DNA of 64,000 bases from Squalus acanthias (GCA_030390025.1 CM059431.1:21576001-21640000); one strand, 5' to 3'. Numbered from the stretch's first letter, positions 47,751 to 60,151 are shown. Numbers and translations are program-made. The notes: generated by a model from the sequence alone, not told the origin.

Positions 47751-48701
47751 TTAGTTTAAACCCTCCCCAACAGCACTAGCAAACACTCCCCCTAGGACAT
47801 CAGTCCCAGTCCTGCCCAGGTGTAAACCGTCCAGTTTGTACTGGTCCCACCTCCCCCAGAACCGGTTCCAATGTCCCAGGAATTTGAAGCCCTCCCCCTT
47901 GCACCATTCTTCTAGCCACATATTCATCTGAAATATCCTTCTATTTCTACTCTGACTAGTACATGGCACTGGTAGCAATCCTGAGATTACTACCTTTGAG
48001 GTCCTATTTTTTAATTTACCTCCTAACTCCCTATATTCAGCTTTTAGGACCTCATCCCGTTTGTTACCTATATCGTTGGTACCTATATGCACCACGACAA
48101 CTGGCTGTTCACCCTCCCCCTCCAGAATGCCCTGCAGCCGCTCCGAGACATCCTTGACCCTTGCACCAGGGAGGCAACATACCATCCTGGAGTCTCGTTT
48201 GCGGCCGCAGAAACGTCTATCTATTCCCCTTACAATAGAATCCCCTATCACTATAGCTCTACCCATCTTTTTCCTCCCGTCCTGTGCAGCAGAACCACCC
48301 ATAGTGCCAGGAAGTTGGTTGCTGCTGCCTTCCCCCGATAAACCATCCTCCTCAACAGTATCCAAAGCGGTATATCTGTTTGAGAGGGGGATGGCCACAG
48401 GGGACCCCTGCACTACCTGCCTGTGCCTACTACTCTGCCTGGCGGTCACCCATTCCCTTCCTGCCTGTGCAGCCTTTACCTGCGGTGTGACCAACTCATT
48501 AAACGTGCTATCCACGACATCCTCAGCATCGCGAATGCTCCAGTATGTATCCATTTGCAGCTCCAGCGCCGCAGTGCGGTCTGCCAGTAGCTGCAGCTGG
48601 ATACACTTCCCGCTCACATGGTCGTCAGGGACACAGGAAGTGTCCCTGATTTCCCACATAGTGTAGGAGGAGCATGCCACGGGGCCGAGCTGTGCTGCCA
48701 T
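47751..48701 (-). CDS. CR1 ORF1p (degenerate zinc finger/leucine zipper plus SGNH esterase)
   Basis: Open 316 aa with IVIGDSIVRG, HIGTND and DGLHL. Two of the zinc-finger cysteines are mutated (CSSY, VSGKC). Confidence 0.82.
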   Translation of the reverse strand: MAAQLGPVACSSYTMWEIRDTSCVPDDHVSGKCIQLQLLADRTAALELQMDTYWSIRDAEDVVDSTFNELVTPQVKAAQAGREWVTARQSSRHRQVVQGSPVAIPLSNRYTALDTVEEDGLSGEGSSNQLPGTMGGSAAQDGRKKMGRAIVIGDSIVRGIDRRFCGRKRDSRMVCCLPGARVKDVSERLQGILEGEGEQPVVVVHIGTNDIGNKRDEVLKAEYRELGGKLKNRTSKVVISGLLPVPCTSQSRNRRIFQMNMWLEEWCKGEGFKFLGHWNRFWGRWDQYKLDGLHLGRTGTDVLGGVFASAVGEGLN

Positions 48702-49003
48702 GACTTACCCTTTAATTAATTTAAATTAAATTAAATCAAATCAATACCACAAATTACACTACAATTAAATGATATAGTCAAGGGCCCTTGTTTACTAGCA
48801 CTCCCCGCTACACAACTGAGACCTTAGAAACTATAACCACAAAATTAAGACCTTCTAAACTTTATAAACTATTAACCTTAACTGTCAAACTATAGAGTAG
48901 TATAAATACTCACCTGGCCGTACTCACCCAATCAACTGCTTCCTCTTGCCCGCGTCACTTTTTGAATCGTGACGTGGCTCTGGAACGTCTGCGAGATTGG
49001 TAA

Positions 49004-49239
49004 GCCTCTGAAAAAAGCCCGCGAAAGTGAGTTTAAATACTCACTGTACCGTCGCTCTCTCCGCTCCCAACACCGGCCTCTGAAAAAAGCCCACGAAAGT
49101 GAGTTTAAATACTCACTGTACCGTCGCTCTCTCCGCTCCCGACACCGGCCTCTGCAAAAAAAAGCCCGCGAAAGTGAGTTTAAATACTCACTGTACCGTC
49201 GCTCTCTCCGCTCCCGACACCGGCCTCTGCAAAAAAAGC
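49004..49239 (-). repeat. 72-75-bp tandem monomers (3 plus a partial) in the CR1 5'UTR
   Basis: Units start at 49004, 49076, 49148 and 49223. Each full unit holds the palindrome AGTGAGT-TTAAAT-ACTCACT. Confidence 0.9.
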
Positions 49240-49240
49240 T

Positions 49241-50290
49241 GGTAAAAAGTGGGAGGAGAGAGAGATCGGCCCGAGAGTATAAAGTGGCGGGAGCATCAGG
49301 GAGAGAGGTAAAAAACACCTAAAGTGACATCAGCACAAGGGAAGGAGCTGATTGGTAAGTAGCTGATGAGTTTTTTTTGTCAAGATCAGGGGCAAGTCTT
49401 AGTTTATTTCTGGTAAGTAGTCTAATAAATAGAGGCATGTCAAATCCATATCCTGTGCCATGTGGGAACTCCAGGACGCTTCTCGTGTCCTGGACAATCA
49501 CGTGTGCGGCATTGTTCCATGTAGTTTTTTTTGGGCCACACAGCCCCTTTAACGGGCTGCGTGGCCCATTCAAAATTCCGTGCATGCACGTTTTTTTCAA
49601 TTTAAAAGCCAGCTGACCGGCTGCGCAGGACCCTTAGAGTGCTGCGCTTAAAGGGAACATTGGTGTGCAGGAAATATCATCAGCTGGAGGAGCTCGAGCT
49701 CCGAGTTTCGGCGCTTAGGCAGCAGCTGGCATCACTGAAGTGCATCCGCGAGGCTGAGAGCTACGTGGATAGCACTTTTCAGGAGGTGGTCACCCCACAG
49801 CTTAAGAGTGTGCAGGCAGAGAGGGAATGGGTGACCACCAGACAGATAAGGAGGACCAGGCAGGTAGTGCAGGAGTCCCCGAGTGCATCTCGCTCTCTAA
49901 CTGAATGCTGGTGAGGGCGATGGATCTTCTGGGGAGTACAACCAGAGCCAAGTCCACGGCACCTTGGGTGGCTCAGCTGTACAGGGGTGGGCGGAGGATG
50001 GTCAGGAATTCAATAGTGATAGGGGATTCAATAGTTAGGGGAACAGACAGGTGTTTCTGCGGCCGCAGACGTGACTCCAGAATGGTATGGTGCCAGGGTC
50101 AAGGATGTCACTCAGCGGCTGCAAGACATTCTGAGGGGGGCGGGTGAACAGCCAGAGGTCATGGTCCATATCAGTACCAATGACATAGGTAGAAAGATGG
50201 ATGAGGTCCTGCAGGCAGATTTTAGAGAGCTAGGAAAGAGTAAGAGGCAGAAACCCTCATCACATTTAAAAAGTACTTGCATATGCACTT
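49241..50290 (+). mobile_element. Decayed CR1 5'UTR and ORF1, head-to-head with the full-length CR1
   Basis: Frameshifted ORF1 peptides LEELELRV..YVDSTFQEVVTPQ, IVIGDSIVRG and HISTNDIG. Confidence 0.8.
49510..49662. mobile_element. hAT-type MITE inserted in the CR1 ORF1 zinc-finger region
   Basis: TIR CATTGTTCC...GGAACATTG and 8-bp TSD GTGTGCGG/GTGTGCAG. Sister of 5665-5807. Confidence 0.72.
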
Positions 50291-51436
50291 GAAGTGACGT
50301 AACCTACAAGGCTGCAGACCAAGAGCTGGAAAGTGGATTAGGCTGGATAGCTCTTTTTCGGCCGACACAGACACGATGAGCTGAATGACCTCCTTCTGTG
50401 CCGTACATTTCTATGATCTCTCAGGATATCCCAAAGCATTTCATGTAACTAATTAAATTGAAGTGCAGTCACTGTTGCTGTGTAAATGCATATAACAACT
50501 GTTTTGCTCATTTCTCACACAAACAGCAATGAGATGAATGACCAGTTAATCTATTTTTGATGGTGGAAGGTCTGTTGGCCAGGACACTCTTCTTTGGATA
50601 GTGTTACGGGATCTTCAATGTCCACCTGAACAGAAAGAGATGTAAATTCACTTTAACTTTTTTGCCTGGAAGGCAGCACTTACAACAATGAAGCACCTCA
50701 GCACGGCGCTGAAATTTCAATCCAGATTATGTGCTCAAGCTCTGGCGTGGTGCTTGATCTCAACCCCTTCTGACTCAGAATGGTTGCGTTTAGAGGGCCG
50801 ATTTCAGGCTTCTGTACTTCCAGCAGGAAGAGTTACATGCAGAGATCGTAATGTGGGAAATTGTAGCTGCACTCTCCTGATTTTTCAACCCTTTGATTTG
50901 ATAGATTGAAAACCATATGCCATTTGCCTGATTCATGCTTGTGACCGCTGCTCCTTACTGGGAACACAAAAATTAGCTATTTTATGCTGAGAGGGCAACT
51001 ATACGTTTCTACACATTGCACTAGCCCTTGACTTTCCTTGCCTATCTTGCTGATGCTTGGATATTCTCAGGAATGAGGAGGCAAAGGGGGGTTCCTGGGA
51101 TGTGTGAAGGTGGTGGGGGAGGGGTAGGCGGGGGTGTGCGTGTGGGTGAGAGGAGTGGTGCTACACTCAGAGGTACAGAGGGAGCCTGGCTACCCTTGCA
51201 GAATTATATCGAATCTACAGCACAGAAACAGGCCAATCAGCAAAACTGGCCGATGCTAATGTTTATGCTCCACACGAGCCTCATCCCACTCTTATTCAAC
51301 TAACCCCATCAACATATCCTTCTATTCCTTTCTCCCTCATGTGTTTATCTAGCTTCCCCTTAAATGCATCCATGTTAGTCACCTCACCTACTCCTTGCGG
51401 TAGTGAGTTCCACAATCTAACCACTCTCTGGGTAAA

Positions 51437-52221
51437 AGATATAGGTTGACAAAAAAGGATGACAAATCATGAAAACAGGAATTAATATTTTCTAGACAGG
51501 AAGTGTATGCAAACATAAGCTTTTTAATATATTATTGACATTAGCCATGAAGCCAGCAAGGATTAATCTCTTATGCATTATTATTGAGCTAGACACACAT
51601 GTCATAGAATCATAGCATCAAAGAAGCATAGAAATTTACGGCACAGAAGGAGGCCATTCAGCTCAATGTGTCTGTGCCAGCCAAAAAAGAGCGATCCAGC
51701 CTAATCCCACTTTCCATCTCTTGGTCCGTAGCCTTGCAGGTCCTGGAAACTGTAGTCCTCACATTCACTTTTCAACAACATTTCACCATTTTCGAGGGTC
51801 AGCCATGTGCTTGAAACATATAAAGATCAATCAGGATGCTTCAAAGTCTTCAAACAAAACCACTGAGAAATCCATATAAGTAGTGTCTGTTTGCATGATA
51901 TGGAGTGCACACACTCTCTCCATAGGGAACATCCCACTTACGAACCAAGAGAACATAGGCACAGTTTGACAATAGGGCCTAAGGGCCTCCAAGTGTGCAT
52001 AGGGATTCTACTGAAGATTAACCAATGAACATCATGTAGCCTATCATCATGGACCACTGATAAGCTACTACTGCTGGACCAGGGACTAGTTGGAGTGGGA
52101 AGAATCCCATCCTCAGTGACAGGTCTATTTCCCCCAACTCCATTAACAAGCCAAGATAGCTGGTCCATCATCAATAGTACCCGGGAACACTGCAAACCTG
52201 CCTAGCTAAGGCTACTTGATC
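51437..52221 (-). repeat. Unclassified ~0.65-kb repeat, copy B (interrupted by a CR1 tail at ~51604-51740)
   Basis: Reverse complement of 33086-35136 once the insertions are removed. Confidence 0.8.
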
Positions 52222-52471
52222 CCCTCTTCGCAACCTGCATAAATTCAACTTTATCCTCGTCTCTATTTATTCATATCATCACAATCTTGGCTAGTTCGTT
52301 CATAGTTTTTAGTGGAATATATTTAGCCTGACCTTCCCTTTAAATATTGCCCATTGTTGTTCTACTTGTCTGTCAATATTTTTCTCCAGTTTACCTCCTG
52401 TAGTTCCATCTTCATTCCTTCATAGTTGGCCTTTTTCCAATCTATTACTTTGTATTTTCTTAAATCTTATT

Positions 52472-54097
52472 GGCCCAGAATTTGCAGTCAGTGGCAAAGC
52501 TAAGGCATTCGTTGTTGGCCCCAAAGTAAGCTTTGCACAAAGATCTCGCGATCTCTGTGTCGAGAAGTTCGGGTTTTCTGACGCGTAATTCAAATCAGCG
52601 TAGTATAGTGGGAATCCCCTAGTGCGAGCTGCTGTGACAGCAACAAGCTGTCTAAGCGGCCAATCAAAACGCAGAATTCTCACAGATAGCGAACCAGGAA
52701 ATAGGTAAGCTCTTAAAATTCTAACTTTTTAAAAATGTTAGAGAGAGCAAAACAAACGGGGCTCTCACATGGGGAAAAGGCAAACTTGAAATAAAGATGA
52801 ACAAACCAGTAAAAAAATGTTTTTCTTAAAAATTTTGGGGTAAAAATTCAGTTGGTTGCGCCTCCCGTTAGCGCCTTAAGAGGGCGCTAATGGGGCGCAA
52901 AGCCGCTAACGCCCGGGCGCAGCGATGTTTGCGCCGCTCGGGAACTTAACTTGACATTGTGCGGCGGCGCTAAAACTTACCGCTGCGACCACCTGCGCGC
53001 GCAGATTGTGATGTCATTCCATGGTGCAACGCCCTTGTGGCGCCCCGGAGCGGAAATTAAGTGGCGCCCCCTGCCTTACCGCCTGGCGCATCCAACGACC
53101 AGAAGACTGGAACGCTATCAATCGCTGTGGGGCTGGGGGGGGCGCTATTTAAAGGGGGCCTCTTCCTGTCTTTTATGTTTGGTGGCATTTTTGAACTACG
53201 CATTCTGAGAGAGAGAGGGAGAGACTTCTGGAGAGATTCAACGTTGTGTGAAGGAGTTTTGGGTACTGAGCAGCACTTTGCAGGTTCATTTTGATTTGCC
53301 ATTCCTTGTATCGATTTAGCAGAGACTGTGGGAGCTGCACTCTGAGCTCTTTGCCTGGTACTCTCCATTGTTCTTTCCAGCACATTTGATGTGCAAGTCT
53401 CTCCAGGCCGAGATTCAAGGCTGCAATGAACAGGATGTGGATGGAAAGCAAGATTAACCATCCCCTTTAAGAACTGGCCCGTGCCATTGTGTGTGTGTTC
53501 CATTGCTGACTGACATTACATGAGCTTCGCCAACGCTCTGAGTTAGCGCCTCACTCCTCGGCCTTTGCGCCTTAAGACAGGTGTGCAGCGCCTGCTTTAG
53601 CGCTCCACTCACCTCCCGGGGCGGTAAAAGTGAAGTTTCCAGTCAGTGCCGATAATTAGCGCCAGGCGCTAATATTTGCGTCCAGGCGATATTTGCGCCC
53701 CAAATGGGGCGCGACCTAATTTCTACCCCATTTATGTTTTAATAAAATGGATAAATTTGACACTGCACAAAATTAAAAATTAGTTTTTCAGGGCCATAAC
53801 CTTTGTTTAGCAGTCAATACCCTGTTAAAACCCCATTTAATTTGGCTCTTACTTTTAATGGGGTACTTACCATGGAAAAGCCAAAGTTTTTGAGAGATTA
53901 CACTGATTGCCGGCTCTGTGGGCGGGGTTGGGTTGCGCAGTGCGGCCTGTGGAGGAGCAGTGAATGACAGACCGCAACTTCAGGATTTCCGCATTAGGCT
54001 GCACATGTGCTAAATCCTGAAGTTGGGTCAGTTTCAAAGGCAAAATGACGGCGAACACTGCCAGTTCACCGTCATCAGGACCGCAAATTCCGGGCCA
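52472..54097. mobile_element. Outer MITE
   Basis: TIR GGCCCAGAATTTGCAGTC...GACCGCAAATTCCGGGCC. Confidence 0.65.
52837..53729. mobile_element. GCGC-rich Harbinger-like non-autonomous element nested in the outer MITE
   Basis: TIR GGGGTAAAAATT...AATTTCTACCCC. The first ~85 bp are near-identical to the reverse complement of 56125-56211. Confidence 0.7.
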
Positions 54098-55450
54098 ATA
54101 TATTGTGATCACAACTCTTTAGATGTACTCCTATCTGCTCCAGTTCATTTCATATTACTGAGTCTAGCAGTACTTCCTCCCTTATTGGACTTCTTTACAT
54201 ATTGGGTCAGAAAGCAGTCGTACACACTGTAAAAACGCCATCACCTTGTCCCTTTTCACTTCCTCTCCCTGCCAGTTTATTTGGGGGTAGTTGAAATTCT
54301 CCATGATTAGGATTCTGTGTTTTTTACTGATTTCATATATTTGCCTACATATTTCTCCCTCCTCTTCCTTTACACTATTTGGTGCTCTGTAGTATACCCC
54401 TAATAGTGTGACCAATCCTTTCCTTTCCTTTATCTCAATCCATATGGATTCTGTTTCTATCTCTTTGTTGTTCCTACTGCCATTATGTACTTTCAGTTTA
54501 ACACAGCTACCCCACCAATCCTTCTTCCTTCCATATCATCTCTAAATACATTATAGCCTTTCAATCCTGTTCTGCCTGTAGCCATGTATCCGTTATCCCA
54601 ATTACATCTATTTCCTTGTTTCAATTATTGCCTCTAATTTCCCCGTTTTGGTGCTGATGTTCTGTACATCGTTATACAGGCAACTTAATATGCTCATATT
54701 TTTCATTACTCTTGCTTTATTTTGTCAGCTATTTTATTACTTCCTATAATCTTTTCTGCTCCCTGAGTGTTTGTTATCTTTAGCTCTTCTTTGTACTCTG
54801 GCCTATGCTCTCATACCTTCTTTTCTTATCTTTAGGTTACTATTACATCCGCTCGAACCCTCCCCACTTTTACTAGTTGAAAGTTCTTTTCACAGTCCTA
54901 TGTACCCCTTCTGCTGGGACCTTGGTCACAGCCCGCTTCAGGTGTAGCCTGTCTCAGCGGTACAGCTCCTTCCTTTCCCAGTACTGCTGCCAGAACCCCA
55001 TGAATTGGAACCCCTACTTCCCACATCACGTTTTCAGCCACGCATTCACTTTCCTGATCTGTTTTATCACTCCCGAGTTCCTGCTCATCAAGTTAGCTCC
55101 TGATGCTCCCTTAGCAGGGTCTCCTCCCTGTTCTTTCCTACGGCATTGGTTCCGACATGGACCACATCAAATGGTTCTTCCCCCTCCAACTTCCTTTCCA
55201 GCTATTTCGAAATATCCCTTACCCTGGCAACACATCGTCCTGTACTCTCGATTGTGACTGTAGAGGATACTGTTGAGGCTGCCGCAAAACACGAATGGAG
55301 GCTGAATCCATATGTGGAAAACAAGAAACTTTTATTCACTGCATGGCACACAAAATGGCTGAGAGACTGCTCCCAGAATTCTCTGCTAAAAACTCCTGGA
55401 ATTCTCTGGGTAAAACCTGAGGCCCCGCACCCTTCTGCCTTAAAGGTCAT

Positions 55451-56211
55451 GGGGTAAAAATTGAGTCGCACCCCATTTGGGGCGCTAACCTCGCCGGGGC
55501 GCTACTTTTAGCGCCCCGAAAAAATTAGCGGCCCCGCGCCGGAACTTCAGTGGTTGCGCCCCAAGAGGGAAGCGGGGCGCCACTGGAAGCACCCCGCATC
55601 CCTCTTGGGGCGCTGCGAGGGAATATCCTGGCGCTACGTGGCGCTGCGGCACGTCGCGCCGCGGTATTGCAGGCCTTCCTCCCCTTCTTAAAGGGGAGGG
55701 ACCCTGCGCAGCGCGAATCGGGGCCCAGCTGGGCCCCCAGGGATCGGGAGTGCCGGCAAAAGAGCCCGGCACTCAAGAGAAGTGCCGGGCTCTTGGAGCG
55801 CAGCCGGCACTTCACGGTGGGGGGGCTTCACGGGGGCCGGGGACAGCAACGGGGGCAGGTGCTGGCAGGCGGCCAGCAACAAAAATGGCCGCCTGCCACC
55901 TCCCCTTTAAATATCGCCGCCCCGGCCGCACGTACGCCTCCCTGAACCCGTCGGACATAGCGTCTGGCGGTAAATCAGGGGGCGCGACTGAAGATCGCGG
56001 CTGGAGCGCGAGCGGGGTGCTGCGCACGGCGATGACGTCATCGCCGGCGGCGCAGCGCCACAGGGCGCTACCGGCTGGCGCCGCCGCTAACCTCCCGCTG
56101 AATTTTTCGGGAGGCGTGGGCGGCGCTGCGCCCGGGCGTTAGCTGCTTTACGCCCCATTAGCGCCCTCTTAAGGCGCTAACGGGAGGCGCAAGCAGCTGA
56201 ATTTTCCCCCC
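55451..56211. mobile_element. GCGC-rich Harbinger-like element inserted in the Gypsy 3' LTR
   Basis: TIR GGGGTAAAAATT...AATTTTCCCCCC and 3-bp TSD CAT. The empty site is visible in the 5' LTR (GGTAATGTGCC at ~60331). Confidence 0.82.
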
Positions 56212-56316
56212 CATGTGCCTTAAAGGGGAAGGTGCTGGAAATTTGTCGACAGACGGAAGAGTGGATTATACCCATTTTAGGTGGCGATCCGCCACACAGC
56301 TCCCCCCAGAATCCGC

Positions 56317-59300
56317 TTAGGAGGTGTGGACGAGACGGTGCGGCGGTCTGATGGGCCGGCCGGAGCGGCTCTTGTAGGACGCCGGTGGACGTGGAACGGC
56401 CGGGCGTGGAGCAGCCGGGTGAACCGGCTTGAGGGCAGGTCGGCCGCGTGGAGGTGGACGAGCTACAGGGACCTGCTCCCCGGGCTCCGAGTGTGCTGGC
56501 TTGAGTCGGTCTACTGACACTTTTTCGGTCCTGTCGCCCACTTGCAGGGTGAAAAATTTGTCCCCAGCCTGTAGCACCTTGTAGGGCCCGTCATATGGGG
56601 GTTGAAGGGGTCCGCGGTGGGCGTCGTGCCGGACGAAAACAAACCGTGCCTGGTGCAGGCTTAGTGGGACGTGTGAGGTGGATTCGCCGTGTCAGGCAAT
56701 GGGCACCGGGGCGAACTGCAGCGCCGGTGAGGCGAAGTCGTGGCGTTGCTGGTCGGCTGACCAGGGTGTCGTGGCGGTGGGCAGGAACTCGCCGGGTACG
56801 CGCAGCGGCTGACCGTACACGAGCTCTGCTGCCGATGCGTGGAGGTCTTCTTTAACCGCGGTGCGCAGGCCGAGGAGGACCCACGGAAGTCGGTCGGTCC
56901 AGGCGCCGTCTTGGAGGCTGGCTCGAAGAGATGCCTTCAAGGATCTGTGGAACCGCTCACACAGTCCGTTGGCTTGGGGGTGGTACACTGTGGTGCGGTG
57001 AATGGTCACCCCGAGATTGCGTGCGACGGCGGTCCAGAGTTCAGAGGTAAATTGCGGACCTCTGTCCGACGTCATGTCGGAGGGGACGCCGAACCGTGCG
57101 ACCCAGGTGCTGACGAAGGCTCTGGCGATGTCGGCGGTGGTGGTAGAGGTCAGTGGAATTGCCTCAGGCCAGCGTGTGGTGCGGTCAACGATGGTCAGCA
57201 AGTGCGTGTGGCCTTGCAACGGCGGCAGGGGCCCGACGATGTCCACGTGGATGTGGTCGAATCTCCGCGAGGGGACGGTAAACTCCTCGAGGGGTGCTTT
57301 CGTGTGTTGCTGTACCTTGGCCCGTTGGCAGGCTAGGCAGGAGTTGGCCCAAGTACGCACATCCTTGCGAAGGCCGCGCCAGACAAAGCGGTTGGCTACC
57401 AATTTGATGGATGCGTGGGCGCCGGGGTGGGAGAGGTTGTGGAGAATGTCGAATACCCGGTGGCGCCAGGACGCTGGGACGACGGGCCGAGGTTGACATA
57501 GGGATATGTTGCACTTGACCGTGACTGCGGTCGGGCCACAGGCGACGTCGGCCAGGCGTAGCCCTGGTAGGTTGGTGGGTGCGGAGAGCAGATCAGGGTC
57601 GGTGATCTGGTCTGCTGCGAGTTGAGCGTAGTCGACTGCTAGGTGTGCGGCGTGGATGGCGGGGCGGGAGAGGCAGTCGGCTACCACATTGTCTCGGCCG
57701 GAGACGTGTTGGATGTCCGTGGTGAACTCGGACACTGCCGCGAGCTGGCGCTGCTGCCTGGCGGACCAGGGGTCAGTTGTCTTTGCCATTGCGAATGTCA
57801 GGGGCTTGTGGTCGACAAACGCAGTGAAGGGGTGGCCCTCAAGCAAAAACCGGAAATGGCGGACCGCCAGGAACAGCGCGAGGAGCTCGTGGTCGAAGGT
57901 GCTGTACTTGACCTCCGGGGGGCGTAGTTGGCAGCTGAAGAAGGCAAGTGGTTGCCAGGCGCCGTCGACCCACTGCTCATACATGGCGCCGACCGCGTGG
58001 TCGGAGGCGTCCGTGGTGAGCGCTACCCTGGCATTGGGCCGTGGGTGCGCGAGCAGGGTGGCGTTGGCGAGCGCGGTCTTGGTGGAATCGAAGGCGGCGG
58101 ACGCGTCTGCCGTCCATTCGACCGCCATCTTGCCGCTCCTGTCCCGGAGGGCTTCATACAGGGGCCTCATGAGGGACGCCGCTTTGGGGATGAAGCGGTT
58201 ATAGAAATTCACCATCCCGAGGAACTCCTGGAGGCCTTTGATGGTGGTGGGGCGGGGAAATTGTTGGACGGCCTGCACCTTGGTGGGCAGGGGAATGGCC
58301 CCAGCATGGGTGATGTGGTGGCCGAGGAAGTCGATCTTGTCCAGGCCGAACTGGCATTTGGCTGGGCTGAGGATGAGCCCGTGGTCGCTGAGGCGCCCGA
58401 ACAGGATGCGAAGGTGTTCGAGGTGTTCCTGCTTGGAGGGACTGGCTACCAGGATGTCGTCCAGGTAGACGAACAGGAACTTCAGGTCACGAAGGACTGA
58501 GTCCATGAGCCGTTGGAATGCCTGGGCCGCGTTTTTGAGGCCGAAGGGCATCCGCAGGAACTCGAACAGGCCGAAGGGGGTGATTACGGCTGTCTTGGGG
58601 ACGTCCGCGGGGTGGACGGGGACTTGGTGGTAGCCGCGCACCAGATCGACCTTGGAAAAGACTGAGCGGCCGGCCAGTCTAGCCAAGAAGTCCTGAATGT
58701 GCGGCACGGGGTACCGATCAGGGGTGGTGGCGTCATTGAGGCGCCGGTAATCCCCGCAGGGGCGCTAACCTCCGCCTGGTTTGGGGCGATGTGGAGTGGG
58801 GAGGCCCAGGGACTGTTGGAGCGGCGGATGATGCCGAGCTGTTCCATGGTGGCAAACTCGGTCCGCGCGATCTCCAGTTTGGCCGGGTCCAGCCTACGGG
58901 TGTGGGCGTACACTGGGGGGCCTGTGGTGGGGATGAAGTGTTCCACCCCGTGTTTGGCGGCCTCCGCGGAGAAGGTCGGATTGGTAAGGGCCGGGAATTC
59001 GGCCAGGAGTGCTGAGTAGTCATCCGTGGCCCGGGCGTGGCACTGTGACGCCATGTCGGCGGGTTGACGGGGGGCCATGGCGCCCAGGATGGGGGACATG
59101 GTGTTCATGTCCACGAGGCGGTGACGAGGGATCTCTACCAGTAAGCCGTGGGCACACAGGAAATCTGTGCCGATGAGGGGGGAGAGCACCTTGGCAGTGA
59201 TGAACTCCCATCGGTAGCGGTGACCAGCGAGGTCGAGGGTGACTGTCCGGGTGCCATACGTCCGGATTTCCGAGCCGTTAGCAGCAGCCAGCGCCGGTCC

Positions 59301-59420
59301 TCATTCGCCCTTTTGGATGTCGAGGGAGGAGGCCGGGATGATGCTGTGCTGAGCCCCAGTGTCGCACAGGAACCGGCGGCCGGTTTTGTCATCCATGAAT
59401 AACAGCAGGGAGCCTGCGTG
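56317..59420 (-). pseudogene. Gypsy pol: protease, RT, RNase H and integrase with GPY/F module (a few stops and frameshifts)
   Basis: FLCDTGAQHSII (protease, ~59340-59375); SPWASPLH, DLVRGYHQ, MPFGLKNA and YLDDILV (RT); TTDASD and DHKPL (RNase H); H-H-C-C with HVDIVGP, SDRGPQF and CERFHR (integrase); PPYDGPYKV. Main open frame 56692-58707. Confidence 0.92.
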
Positions 59421-59454
59421 CCCCACGGCCATCGCGGGAGCTGGAACGGGGGCG

Positions 59455-60112
59455 GACTTGAAAGAGCAGGGAGGTGTGCACCGAACCGTGCGTGGTAGTA
59501 ACAGTGGCCCGGGTTAGTGGGGCGTGAAGGCCCCGTGGGCCTGGTGACAGGCCCTTGTGGCCGTGTGCTGGATGGTGAGGGGCGCGCCCAGGCATTGGCT
59601 GCCAGGTCCGGAGTGACGTCGCGGCTGGAGTGAGCGGACAGCAGCTTGTCGGCCTCATCGGCCAGGGCTTCCAGGTTCGTGAGGCCGGACGCCACGATCG
59701 CTGGGCGGATGCTGAGAGGGAACTGGCGGATGAACAGCGTGCGGAAGAGGGATCCGGGTGGGCTCTCGTCGGTGAGGGAGAGCATGTGGGAGAGGAGGTC
59801 TGACAGTGAGGTATCACCGAGACCTGGAAGGTCGAGGAGGTGGCAGTTTCGCTGATATGCCGAGGCCGTAAATTTTTTAAGGAGCGCTGTTCTGAGAAGT
59901 ACGTACTTGCCTTCCTCTGGTGGGTTCTGCAGCATTGTCCAAACCTTGGAAACTGCGGCGCTACTGAGTGATGTGACGAGATAGTCGTACTTCGTCCCAT
60001 CTGTGGTGATATTTCGCAGCCGGAAGCGAGATTCAACTTGGAGAAACCAGGCTTCGGGCTGGTTTTCCCAAAACTCCGGCAGTTTCACGGAAACTGCGTG
60101 CGTGTCCGCCAT
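59455..60112 (-). pseudogene. Gypsy gag with a disrupted CHCC knuckle
   Basis: VSVKLPEFW..PEAWFLQVE..F....IT...TKY. CYYHARFG is followed, in another frame, by CTPPCSF, indicating a short internal deletion. Confidence 0.85.
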
Positions 60113-60136
60113 TGCAGTGCTCGGAATACGTTCTGA

Positions 60137-60151
60137 ACGTCGGGGTCACCA
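60137..60151 (-). promoter_or_regulatory. Primer-binding site complementary to the tRNA-Trp 3' end
   Basis: TGGTGACCCCGACGT begins 1 nt after the end of the 5' LTR. Confidence 0.85.

Larger units (their letters stand above)
44672..49240 (-). mobile_element. Full-length CR1 LINE with a tandem-repeat 5'UTR
   Basis: Tail (TTCTATGT)n at ~44672, ORF2 44765-47628, ORF1 47751-48701, and 5'UTR with 72-bp monomers. Confidence 0.92.

Noticed and set aside
48932-49322. Repetitive 117-128-aa ORFs on both strands
   Set aside because: Translation of the 72-bp CR1 5'UTR monomers, whose length is a multiple of three.
56281-59855. Many overlapping + strand and alternate-frame ORFs; possible bacterial contamination or env gene
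   Set aside because: By-product of the GC-rich Gypsy gag-pol. The element is integrated with LTRs and TSD, and there is no room for env between integrase and the PPT.
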